Source of the DNA: Tubulanus polymorphus
Taxonomy: Eukaryota; Animalia; Nemertea
Direction: 5' to 3'
NCBI RefSeq assembly: GCF_964204645.1
Contig: NC_134025.1
Location: 20,745,101 to 20,809,100, forward strand
DNA: 64,000 nt
Shown here: piece after piece, positions 38,520 through 50,552 of the stretch
Layout: each line of letters opens with the position of its first letter
Numbering within the stretch: position 1 is the stretch's first letter
Made by a program: the position numbers and the translations under genes
The notes under the pieces: model-generated
What the model saw: only the letters and a program-made list of their open reading frames with translations
What the model was told of the DNA's origin: nothing
Database searches by the model: none

Positions 38520-40395
38520 ATGACAAAAATGACGCAATCAATCGTTTCCAAGCAACCGCGTTCGTGCCATCCCGATATGACGGACTATTCGACGTATTCG
38601 TCAAATTCGATGCAGTATTCCGATCTTTCGCCTCCGGTTCCCGGCTATTACATAAAACCGCCGCAGACAATTAAGGTACGCGCCGAAAGTAACAAACAGC
38701 ATGCCGCTCACGTCCATTTTACTCGCGTTTTACGGCAAAAATGTTTCTACATCAAGAAACATCGCGACGCTTTTGATGTCGCTTATATAGAGTATTTCAT
38801 TCATGTCAGGAAAATTCTCTATGGCCTTAAAACTAATAGAAATTATCCAGCGCAACTTTCATTCTAATGTGTGTTCTATTTTTGTGGTCTTCCAAAAAGT
38901 CTTCCAATCAAAGCCTGTCCTTCAGCCGTCATCATTTATGCCCAGAATTCAGTCCACGACATTCAGCGAACGATCGTTCATCTTATGAAAATTCCATTAA
39001 TCACTGCTGGACATCTACATCTTCCAAAATACAGATAATCGTTCGATATATGGATTATTTTGATCATCTACGATACTGTTCAGAGCAATTCGGTATAGTT
39101 CAGCGACCCAGACGTACGTACGTGGGCGAATACGCGGATGAAAAGCATTTTACGCTTATCAGGATTGTCGAGACATTTTCCGCACATGAAAACTAGAAAT
39201 CAGCGATGAAACTGGAAAATAATGCAAATCTAGAGAAATCATATTTCTGACCTATAAAAATGATACGCGTATAGGCTATTTATTCCGTTTTACGTTTTCT
39301 TTTAGGAATCTGATAGTTTCAGCAGTCCTAATTATCCTAGTTATAGCCATATCCACGCCGAGACCCGTCCGTGGAAAACTGATTTATGTAAATGCGGCGA
39401 AGACGTCGGCACGTGTAAGTTTCCAGTTAATCCCTCAGAATCGCTAAACGAGATGTCCTCCTATTTGATGTACAACACCGATCTGATCACCACTTCTTAG
39501 CTATTGTTATTGGCACCGTAAAAACCGTTGCAATGTTTATATACATTGATACCTAGTATCAAAAATTCATAAAGGCTATAGTCTTTGTGCTAGTATGCAT
39601 TACCTACGAGCAATTATCTCAGTTGAGATAATTGCTCGTAGGCATTACTAAAGGGCTTGTGTGTAAATACAGGTGTACTACGTCATCAATCAAATAACAA
39701 TTACAAACATCAATTTTGGCGTTTATTTGGTAATTGAATATATTTCATAACTCATTTTATTCTATTGATATTAATTTTTGAGAGGATTTGCACTATGTAA
39801 TCCATATAGACTGGTTGCCGGTCAATTCAAGTCGTTTATCGATACATTTATATTCAAATCCAAAAGAACTTATCATCTTTCCTGAATAATATATAATTCA
39901 TTTTATAATATTATTCATTGTCGACAATATTACGCAATATATGTCTTACTTCTTACGCCAATAAACTTTCAAGTTAGTTTTCTAGTTAATACCTTTTCGT
40001 TGAATAATTCATATCTAGGTTGCAGTGTACTCGCCTGTTTACCTTTTGTCGAATGTTGGTTATCGAAGAAAATGGGCGAAGGATTCTGTATGCCTTGGTG
40101 TGTACCCATTTCATCGACCGCCCTACGACTGAAAATCCGTACGAAGTACAACATTGAGGTAAATTTGTGGGAAGATATTTTGGGAAAACTATAATATAAC
40201 ACACTCATTTATTACATGTTCTAATGCAACGTTTTCGCACAAATTCAGGGTTCTATTTTGGAAGATTTTTGCGCGTCTTTGTGGTGCCGACCTTGTGTTC
40301 TTTGTCAGCTAAAGAAAGAAGTCGAATACCTCGAAACGCAGAATAAAAAAGAAGCGGAAATAAAGAAGCGAAAACTGGACGATCGCTGGTTGTGA
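38520..40395 (+). CDS. PLAC8/cornifelin-family cysteine-rich protein, about 183 aa, 4 coding exons
   Basis: Exons 38520-38675, 39306-39414, 40019-40158, 40249-40395, all GT-AG with compatible phases. Motifs WKTDLCKCGEDVGTCC, LRLKIRTKYNIEGSILEDFC and WCRPCVLCQLKKE. Confidence 0.9.
39603..39642. repeat. Perfect 19-bp-stem palindrome in a PLAC8-like intron
   Basis: CCTACGAGCAATTATCTCA-GT-TGAGATAATTGCTCGTAGG. Confidence 0.9.
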
Positions 40396-41726
40396 ATTTT
40401 ACAATATTCGACCTCTCTTAAAACTTTTTTGGAAGCGTACATCTGTAAAAAAAACTTTTGTTCATAAGCTCCGGAGGATGAAGCCCGTCAAGGATGAAAC
40501 TAAACTTCAGGGTCCGAAACTTATTTTTTCGAGCATGATTTTGACTATGGGAGTCATCTCAACGCTAAAGGCTTCTACGTGACCTCAGCATTTTAAGTTC
40601 AAACAGGGTATAACGTTATATATAAGTGACTTAACGACTAGATGACGTCATTAAGGAATTATCAGGGTAGAAGTCATATCAATTGTATATTGCGCAATAG
40701 CAGTGACTAATTCATTAATTCATTCCGTGTAGGAGTAGGCTAAACTTGTTCTACCAACATACATTCGTGTTTGTGTTAAAAAGATAAAATGTGTTATATC
40801 TTAGATATATTTCGAAGAAGAGATATATGTCTTTGATTTTTCTTTTGAGTTCCCGAGATAGACATTCTCCACATAAAGGGGTCTTCGATGACACTTGTTA
40901 GATATTACAGTGGACAAAAGGACATATATGAATAGGACTTCGTGAAAAATATCGAATCGTTTCAGACACCGAATCGTTTCAGAATGGCTATTACTAACGT
41001 GCAATAATATTTTCTTACTTAAAATAATGACAAAAGCCACGGCGTGCTCAGAACATTGTCAAATTGCGACCTGTCATATTTTAATATATATGTGTGTATT
41101 GTGAGAATGTAGCAGAAAGTAAAGTAGATCATGTAGGATCCCAGTTTCGAGCAGCTACATGCGATCTGTATCTGCGGAACTGTGGCCCCAGGTCTTTGTT
41201 CAATTTGTCGATTTGTACTTAATGTAATCAGGGTAAGAATCATGTTTAAATTTTCAACGTAACTGTGAATAAATACGATGATACTAGAATGCGATATACG
41301 ATATTAGACATTCGTCAAAATTCTTGATAGATGACATTTTAAATCATTAAGGACCGTTAAATGAATGTTGAATTTCATGCATCTGATGTCATAAAAATGT
41401 ATTCCTCATTTTTGTTTTAAGGACTCTGTTATTCAGGCCCTTTTTGTATATAAACATGCGCCTGAATGTATATACGTATATATATTAAAGATAATTCCTT
41501 TCGCAAATTTAATTTCTAATGTTTTAGCTGATGTAATTAGCTAGATTATTAACTTCGATGTCAATTCAAGTTGATTGCGCATCGCATTAAAGAATTAAGA
41601 AATAAACATTGTAAATGGTGTCGTATTTTTTCTGTTTCGCAGACGAATAAAGAATCTCATTTCAATCTAGTAATTTATATGTAATATGTACATGACATAC
41701 TTTTTTCTGCCGACTTTCAGTGTAAT

Positions 41727-42042
41727 CAGGGGCGGATGGGAGCACAATGAGCACGCGCTCCCGTCGCAATCTTCCCGTACCCTTTTGAAAAACAACGGCA
41801 ATTTTTTCAGCGCACTTTTTCACCCATCACTACTAATAGAGCAGCAGTCACGACTATGCTTACATTCTCTTAAATGCCACCTAAGTGCCTGGAAACTGCG
41901 CTGGAAGTTCACGATTTTCCAGAACTCCATTTTTGGCTTCGCACGCTTGCTCGTTGTGGACGCTTGCCCTTTTTAAGTAGGCTATATATGCCCGTTTCAT
42001 TTCTTGTGCTCCTTTCAAAGTCTGCCACTGGATCCACCCCTG
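41727..42042. mobile_element. MITE of the CAGGGGCGGAT family with a 5-bp TSD
   Basis: CAGGGGCGGAT...ATCCACCCCTG flanked by GTAAT at 41722-41726 and 42043-42047. Partial copies at about 8952, 23336, 27862, 35700 and 46495. Confidence 0.75.
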
Positions 42043-42671
42043 GTAATTTCCATTTCAATGTCATTTCTCTACGTATACACGATCCACACGCTAATCTGAA
42101 ATCAATCCGAAATCCGATTAACATAGAATTTTTGGTTTAAAAAAGTGACAGTGATTCTTAACACGTTGACTCCATGATAATCAATAAAAGGATTGTCTTT
42201 GCTACGCGATAGGCCAGTCTCAATAGGCCAAGTGCTCTTTTTACCTGCATTTCAAATTGTGATTCGGAATTGCCAAATGATAAACTTATTTTTTACCTGT
42301 TGTATTTTTGTGTTATAACTCCACAGAACCAGCCAAATGGAAGCACCCCTGCACCCATCTCAAACCTGTTTACTTTATTTCGACCAATATACTAGTATAC
42401 CTTCTTGACATTGATAGGATTGCAGCATCATATCAGACCAAATGCTTCGATTATGATGAGAAGTATTCAATATGTTTTTCAAGATGAATAACTACATGAG
42501 ATGTTACAAAGCAATTGAATTTACGAGAAAACCCGAAGATTCGAGAAAGAGCTTTTTGATCGAGATTTGTTTTTTAGCATTTAATCGCTGGATTGGTCCG
42601 ATATGTTCTACACACATTTATTGTAGGGTTTTTATGACGTTGATCGACGTTTATCGGACGCTGTGCAAACT

Positions 42672-42951
42672 CAGGGTGGCCACTTTTATTTGACCTGCTT
42701 TCCCTGACTTTTTTAAAGAAAAGAATTTTCCCTGACTTTACCCTCACTATTCCCTGACGCACAATGTTTTCCCTGACTCGATCTGCTAAGAATACTATCA
42801 ATTAACTCAGTCAAATACATAAGACATAAACGATAACTATTCGATTTTACGTGCGACCTTTCAGAAATTTCATCAAATTTCCCTGACTTTTTTAAAGAAA
42901 AGAATTTTCCTTAACTTTTCCCTGATTTCCAGGTAAGTGATGGCCACCCTG
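42672..42951. mobile_element. hAT-like MITE with CAGGGTGGCCA TIRs and internal TTCCCTGAC repeats
   Basis: CAGGGTGGCCA...TGGCCACCCTG with multiple TTCCCTGA subterminal motifs; no clear TSD. Confidence 0.75.
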
Positions 42952-43499
42952 GAAAATGTCCTCTTTCACGTTTCGTTTCGTCGTTATTTCAGCCTCATAG
43001 TTAGCACGGTGATAAAATACGCCCGCTCAAAATTATTATTCATAAATCTTGCCTACGATCGATGACATATAAGTTCATGCTAGGAGGTAATTAATTTCGC
43101 ATTTTAACGATGAATAACGAGACATTCTGTGTAAATAATGAGCCACTTTTCTTAACTTCATCGTTCATTATTAAACCGGCTACATTTATTTCCATTAAGA
43201 CCGAGATAACGGATGGTCGCATCTATCTTGAGACGGTACCACGCGGTAAGATTTGAAATCCGACACCGAAACCGGTGAATTTCCAGTCATTTCACGGAGG
43301 CTTCAAAGTCAACATGTGAGATCAGAATTTCGATTATTCTATTTCGTTTAGATGATCGTACTTGCTAACTGTATAATTTCTAATATGCTATGAAATGCAA
43401 TTTCAAGCTTAATATATATATGTGGCTATTATGCACTTCTTAAACAAGAGAAGATACACAACTTCATAAAATCTTCATTTTGACTAGATTTTATTCACA

Positions 43500-43543
43500 A
43501 TTCGATCGGTTTCGACTCATCCCTTAGAGCCCTTTTCAAGAAT
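43500..43543 (-). ncRNA. Minimal hammerhead motif (U3-A8 variant, second subfamily) with an inverted decayed copy at about 43579-43620
   Basis: Minus strand ATTC-TTGAAAA-G-GGCTC-TAAGGGAT-GAGTC-GAAA-CCGA-TC-GAAT. The plus-strand partner TTGAAAA...GAGTC-GAAA-TCGA-TC has a palindromic ATCGAT. (TTGGTA)n lies between them. Confidence 0.62.
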
Positions 43544-43691
43544 GAACAAAAACTTTGACATTGGTATTGGTATTGGTATTGAAAAAGAACCCTCTGGGGA
43601 GTGAGTCGAAATCGATCGGAATATTATGAACAAAATGAAAGTTTAATAGTTTCTTCTACTGTTTAACTAATCTGGATATTCTCCATAAATT

Positions 43692-46600
43692 TTATGTCGT
43701 CGGACATTTTTTGATGTCGCAATAGCTCCATGTGACAGTACGATCGTCCAGGAAACACCATGGCCGACGACCGGATGGTAGTCCGTTCGAATAGACCGGG
43801 TTACGACAAAAGTTGGCGGCATCTTTTAGACTTTTCTCAGGAAAAGATGAAGCCTTGTACTTATGTTCATGTGGAAATTGTTTCACCCATGCTTGACATT
43901 TCATACCATTCGCGCCCACTGAATTTGTTCCCACGTATGTAATGCCGCTTGGAGTTTCTAAACATTCATTTCGAACTGGAAATTGATATAATTATAATTT
44001 GAAAAACATGCAGTAGTTTAGATTGACGAGTGAAATAACCCGGATCACATACCGCATTTTGGGATATCGCAATATTCCCAATTACGTTTCGAACTGTCTT
44101 TTGTTCCATCTGATGAAACAGATGTGACGTAACACCAAGGTTTTTTGCCTGACGGGTGCTGAGGATTCCTAGGAGAACAATGAAATAATCACTGAAGGTT
44201 CCATAGCTTTTCTATAACTCTACTTACTCATTGCAGTACGAAGTGTGTAACGAATATCTCTTTACATGTAAATCTACATTTTAGAACCCACTTCTACAGT
44301 TCGCAGTGAACATTTGACTTAACGGTTATAACATTTGAAACGAACTCATTTCAACTCTAGAGTCAAATTTAATCGACGACTGTGGAACAGGTTCCCATAG
44401 GTACCGATGATTCTGAAATAAACGTGCAACGTTGCAATCTTAAAGAGCTTTGCGGTCAAATGATTTTTTTTTCTTCGTCGATATTTCCACTTTATTACTC
44501 AAAATTTCGTTATCGTCCTTGCTAGGGCAGTATCGTATTTTGGCAATGTTCAAATCCAGTTTGAAGAGAGAATTATATCATTATTATTATTATCATTATT
44601 ATTATTATCTTTATATATGTTATATATCATTTTTATTATTATTTTCATTATTTTTATGATTATTAGTATCATAGTTATTGTTAGCTTTATTAGTATTACT
44701 ATTTCTAAATCTATCGCTGCACCTTGTGATGCTCAGGATTTTAGTACCTTAACTAAGTACCGCCTATTGGCTAGCACGGCATCGTTTGTATCCATACCAT
44801 ATGATGTAATTAAAAAGTGTATTCATTATATGTCATCTACTGTGTTATGGTTTACGAAAATAAACATTATTGATACTATCATTATTATGGTAAAACTGAT
44901 CTCGTTGTGCCGTAGTGTGGATTTTACACTATAGCGTGTGCACTTCATCTTGGTATGCCCTTTTTGGAAAATATTAGGCAGATCTACATCAAAGAATACT
45001 ATAGGAGTAACCCTAGTGTGGTAAAATTTCAAAAACTGTTGAATTCCACTGGTAAGACGCGTTTGTCTCTTAACTACATAAGAAAAGTCATAGCCTTTTA
45101 TTAAATAACATATAGTAACATAATCATGATGTTTTCTCACTGTCGATTTATGTACACCTAAGCCTGTCATTTTCCTGTACTGTATTGAATTCTTTTTTTT
45201 CGTATTAATCTGCGTTGTGCAAAATGTCTTTTGTTGAGCAATAAGCTTTTGAATTGAATTGAATTGAATTGAATTGAATTGCACATCCGAGTTTTAAAGT
45301 CGAAATTTTGAAAAAAAATCACATGGCTGCAATGCTCTTCTGTATCCATCCTACCTGCAATAATTTTCAGCATTCGCAAGTGGGAACTTTGCTATGTCAT
45401 AATTTATGACACTGGGCCAATCTTTATCCCATCGCTGACATGTCTTGCCCGTTCTGGTTACGCTAGTTTCGCCTACATATCCAAATCCCTTGCCGTATAT
45501 GCAGTTTGGTACTGTAGCGTAGAAAAAAGTGAAATACACTATCCCATAATCTGGGACATTTCACATGAATATTGATTTCAACTCTGTGTTTTGTAATGTT
45601 TAATTTTTGAACCTCTCTGAAGTGTTTTTTTTTCACGTACCGATGACTTTCGTTTCGTCCTGTTTTCTGGGAACCGCCTGTACCTGAGTTGGATTAGACG
45701 GATCCAAATACTCAATACCATTAACTATGATATAAACGAGAAAAAAGAATAAGGAAGACAATTCATAAGTATTTCTAGCAAACAAATATATGCTATTTTC
45801 AAAAACGAAATTCAAAGTAGCCCCTTTTATTTGAAAATTGTAAACGAACAAATTTCAAACCTCAAATAAAAGTAGATACCTTTGCATACTCGACACAGAT
45901 ACGGACAAACCGTTGGCCAGTTGCTATACCACGAGCAATCGGAAAGTATATCACAATTTGTAGTGCTGTCGTAAGCTTTGTTACAATCCACTGAAAAATA
46001 ATGCATTTCAAAATACAGATTCATTCCATCAAATGAATCAAATTTTCAGAGAGAAATGTCAGGATTCAGTTTTATTGAAGTCGTTGGTTTGGCCGATCAA
46101 ATCATTGGCATTCATACAAACTGAGAACCTACACAGCACGTAATCCATTATCATTATTCACCTACCGTAGCAAGCCGGGCCTGTTACCCACGGTTTTGTT
46201 GGGCTGCAGCTACATTTGCAGGTTTGTAGATTCAGTACGCCATCGGGTTTCCCCGGACCGCAAACCTTTCCACCGCAATCTTAAAATAATGGACTTAGTG
46301 GAGTAAGTAGAAGAATTAGTAGACCCTGTTGCAACGCAACTTTTTCATTTTGTCAACAAAGAAAATTGGCGGAAGTATGCCTAATTTTGCCTTTTTTGGC
46401 ATCAAAGTGAATTTTGGGGTATGATGAGTTCTCCAAAATTAGCTCAGCTCGAGAGCCATTTTTGGATGTGACAAGTTCTTCAAAATTGGCCTCTGGATCC
46501 ACCCCTGCAACGCCATGCTTAGAATTTACATACCGCATAGGCCGTCATTGTGATGATTCGTACACGCGCTACCCATATTCGTAGATTCCTCGTAGGGATA

Positions 46601-49600
46601 CGCCATACCTCCTTTTCCTCCATTACCGCTATCAATATACGTAGATGGCATTGATTAGAATTTCGAGTTTAGAAACACAACATTCACAACTTAAGAAAAT
46701 GCATTTATAATCGATAGATAAAATTCGTTTCATATTTCCTATTTTCCAATGTGTAATTTGTTTTTTTGAGAATGAACTATAAAACGATAGTCTATGCTTT
46801 GAGTGTAAAGAGAGAGAGGAGGCCGAAAAATTACGTAATTTTGAACATTATGATAAGACGATTTGTTATCCCGAAGTCTCTAACTGCTGTTTCATTATGG
46901 TTATTTTCTACTGCCCCATTTTGGATTTATAATATCATCGGGTGAAGAGCAATTCTTGCATTATTTACACGCGGATAACGACCAAAAATAAAAAAGAACA
47001 TTATGCAACATTAGCTTCTTAGTCATTTCCAGATCTAGATGTATCAATTTAAGTCGTAAGCATAATAACATAAACCCCATCGGGCTGGCAGGAAGATCGT
47101 TTGAATGAACTGGAACCAACTATGCACTGTGATTTAGAAAAACAATCATGTAGCCTGGACCGACAACTCAACTGCATTTTGTAACTTCGATTTCGGATTT
47201 CACGAAACAATATCGTTCCCGACAGGTGTTGTTGGTTTGTAAGGGATACCAAATCAAATGAAAACAACTCAATGCAAATTTACCTTGTTACCAATCAAAT
47301 AATAAGACATTTAGAGCATTCATTATCTTACTTACGCAGTAGCATAGTTACATACGTAAAGATCAAATGTTTCGACATTCGAATCTACGTCATTGCGCCC
47401 TGAATTCCTACAACGGGCTCGACCACAACCAACTTTCGCCGATTCAGCCCAAATCATCTAAATCCGTTGAAAAAGATTGAAATACTCATCGGAAAAAAAT
47501 CATTTGAAATCGTGGAAACGACTGGACTATGCAAAAAAATGTTAAGACCCCCGCGGCAGGAAAACGCCGCGCTAGGAAATGGAAGAAACCAAAGTACATA
47601 TGTACAGTGGTTAAGTTCATAATCCAACTTCTAAGAAATTGGAGCCAGGCATAGCGGTGAGGACGGAAATTCGTTCCCGGCAGTTAGGTGGGTTTGTAAG
47701 GGACAATAATCAAATCAAACGAAATCTACCAATTTCGTAAATAAATAACAGGGTCAATCCCTACTTTAGGATAAGAAATGAACGGATATCAGTTTCAGTA
47801 AACGGATTATAAAGGGTCAGTATTCCCGAGTGTTAGTGTTAGTTTTTCTTTATACAGAATTCGCTTACTTGAGTGTAGTGTCCGATCATTGCATATGGAT
47901 CTATCCTCCCTTTTCCAAATTCGAAGTTTGTCTTTTCTCTTGCCCAACTTTCGAGCATGTAATCCCAATCTTCGTCAATGCACCAGCCTAGATTCTGACC
48001 GACTGGGTATTTCCCTGCGTCAGAGATAGATGTATGCAAATACGTGAAATCATTCTGCAGAGTTAAGATTAATAGCATATTAGTAGTACCGTTGTTATTT
48101 CATGCTGGTCATAATACGCACCAGGGACAGCTCGAAGCGAGGATATTTTTTCGTGTTCGAAATAACAGTTATTCGCCCAATGTTGGGCAATCAATGCCAG
48201 TTCGTCATTCCAAACCTGTTTTGGGAAGCAGCTTTGTAAACATGTGGACATTCGGTAGAGCTTTAGTATTTTTAGTAAAGGCTAATTTTTTTCTTACACG
48301 AATAATCTATGAAATTACACAAACAAATGATAAACGAATATGTACATATCTGTGTCAGAATTTGTATATACGTTAAGCCACGAGACGGTGGAATTACCGA
48401 CATGATTGCTTCGCCGGTCTAAAAGCTACAAAAGCTACATCAATTGAATGAGATGGATTGGGTTTAGCCCAGTTTAGTCGGTAGGAAGCTGCATTCCTTT
48501 CGGCAAGTCGCTACCGACTGACAAACCAGGCTGGCAAAACAAAATGAAACCGACTCATAATCATACTTTACAGAAATGATATCATTTCACGTGGATCTTT
48601 GGCTCCACTGATGAGGGAGATATTCGCTGTGTTTGACCGTGGATTCTAGAACTTCATGGTTTGACCAATAGTTATTGCTACTATTCACTGTGACGTTTTT
48701 CATGCGAGCAGATAAACCCCGGTGTTGTCATTCTAGTGGGAATCACAGCTATCATTAATTAACTGGCTCTTTTTAAAACATTTTCTGTATATCCTTCATA
48801 TAATATAGATCTTTCCATGTTGCAAGATTATCCGAATGAAATAGATGCTTTTTATATGACATTAGAATAACTTTTTGTCGAAAAAAGTTACTAGTTACAT
48901 TACCATAAGTTGCATATCAGCTGCGGGAGGGGTCACATTTCTTCGGTGTTGGTTGTGTATCTTTATTATAGTCTGAATGTCATCGACAGTTGTCGGAAGT
49001 TCTAGATAAAGAAGACAACCATCGAACATGATTTTATGTTTGACTGATATGCGAAAAACAAATTCACCTTCACGTGACTGAACAATATGTTTGACCATAA
49101 GATGAAAAAGCAGAAAAAAACTGAACAATCCATTGCATTTACCTTCAATAAGGTCCTCGCTATTATCAAGACACATAGTGTGACTCTGGCTGAATCCTCT
49201 GAATTTCTCTTTGCATCTTGTCTAGAAATCAATTCAGTTTTTGTTTATGATCTATTTGTTCTTATGTTCGTTCGGTAATAAGTCCGTCGAAATATAAAGC
49301 CTTACCTCTGCCACTTGGAAATTTCCGGAAGAAATCGCCACAACTGCAACACATTTGAGACAGTGCACGTAAGTTTATTGTATCAGCGCCACGAACGGAG
49401 AACGCTGAGACACTGGTAAAATTTGATTATCCTTCAACATGAAGACTGGTGCCACTTTCTCATTAGTTTAGTACTTATCATAGCGCCATAATCTGACATA
49501 CGGTATTATAGCGCAATGTGTAGAGTGGGTTTAATTGGAATGTTTAGGTATTAATACGCAAGCAGAAAGAGAGTGCAGTTGTATGGAACTAAAAGAAGTT

Positions 49601-50552
49601 TCATGAAAAAAGATCCTCGATAAGTGACGTTCAACTGATGCCAAACGACACCCCACATAGTACGTACAATCCAACCAAAATCGCTGTTACCAAGAAATAA
49701 GAGGATAACGATAATCAAAGCATGATTAAATCTAGTGAATTGAGTATATTTCTATAAATTACATGAACGAGGACATCTCTGTTACGAGCCATCTTTTTAC
49801 GAAATTCTTTTTATAGGAACGCTTATTCATGAACTGCTTGCCAGGCGTTGAAAACAGTAAAATCATCACGCAGAGGAAAAATGCTCGAGTAGATTTCAAA
49901 TGTTATACATAAGTGCCGTTTTGGCATTTCGAAATATTAACATCATGAACAAAAATAAAAAATGTCAGTAAAAGGCAGATGAAATAATTGCCTAATTTCA
50001 GTAATGGTTGACAGGTTGCCACCTCTTTTCGCCGTTTTCTCTAGCTGTCGACTGTCAACTCCATTTGCTGTTAGCAATGATCGACGAACGCAGTCTTAAT
50101 CTACACACGGACTATAATGCCGTATACTGGACTAGCGCCGAAAATCTTAGCAGCGATTTGATGAAATATATTCACATCTATCGCACATATATCGTAAATT
50201 TACGACAAAAAAGGAAATTCTAAGGTAGACATCCTTGATATTACATAGCTGTAAGTGCGCAAGCTCACCTCGTCGAAAAGATGTCGTTGTCAAATAGAAA
50301 GGTAAAGTTAAGACATGTTTGCTTTGGAAGTAGTTAATTTGAAAAGTGCAAATTCTAAATGACAATCAAAATATTTCAGAAGTAAATTTGAGTAATTTGC
50401 TTACACTCCACGTCATCTATAAAAGATTAATAGACGAACCGGCACCGAATGTGTTCTTCAATCTCGCATTAATGCATTGAGTTTTGGGGATAGAATTGAT
50501 TATAGAGACTGATGCCGAACTTACCGAAAAGAAACACAAATCCATAAACCAT
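43692..50552 (-). CDS. Secreted CAP (SCP/CRISP)-ShKT-kringle-kringle protein, about 477 aa, 12 predicted exons (first two tentative)
   Basis: Exons 50552-50525, 49404-49306, 49001-48904, 48215-48122, 48014-47869, 47457-47336, 46628-46534, 45990-45880, 45724-45641, 45511-45355, 44168-44053, 43975-43692, all GT-AG and phase-compatible. CAP motifs HNQHRR, WNDELA, GQNL, GHYTQMIWAES, YVCNY..AGN. ShKT-like Cx9Cx5Cx9Cx3Cx2C. Kringle motifs CQRW/NYCRNP/PWCY/WEYCDIPKC and CQAW/NFCRNP/PWCF/WSYCDIKKC. Confidence 0.88.
44935..45281 (+). mobile_element. RTE-X-like LINE 3' fragment with a (TTGAA)n tail, antisense within a CAP-kringle intron
   Basis: HFILVCPF / ENIRQIYIKEYYRSNPSVVKFQKLL (one frameshift) resembles the C-terminal Cys/His region of RTEX-type ORF2. 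TTGAA repeats at 45249-45281. Confidence 0.65.

Noticed and set aside
44826-45284. 152-aa minus-strand ORF inside the CAP-kringle gene
   Set aside because: Antisense of an RTE-X-like fragment, starting in its (TTGAA)n tail; intronic.
48605-48645. CTGATGA as a possible hammerhead core (also about 5126 and 44110)
   Set aside because: No stem II followed by GAAA and a cleavage triplet; the 44110 instance lies in a kringle exon.
50268-50365. Alternative first coding exon for the CAP-kringle gene (donor GAG|GTGAGC)
   Set aside because: No in-frame ATG with a hydrophobic signal peptide; 50552-50525 fits better, though it is also tentative.
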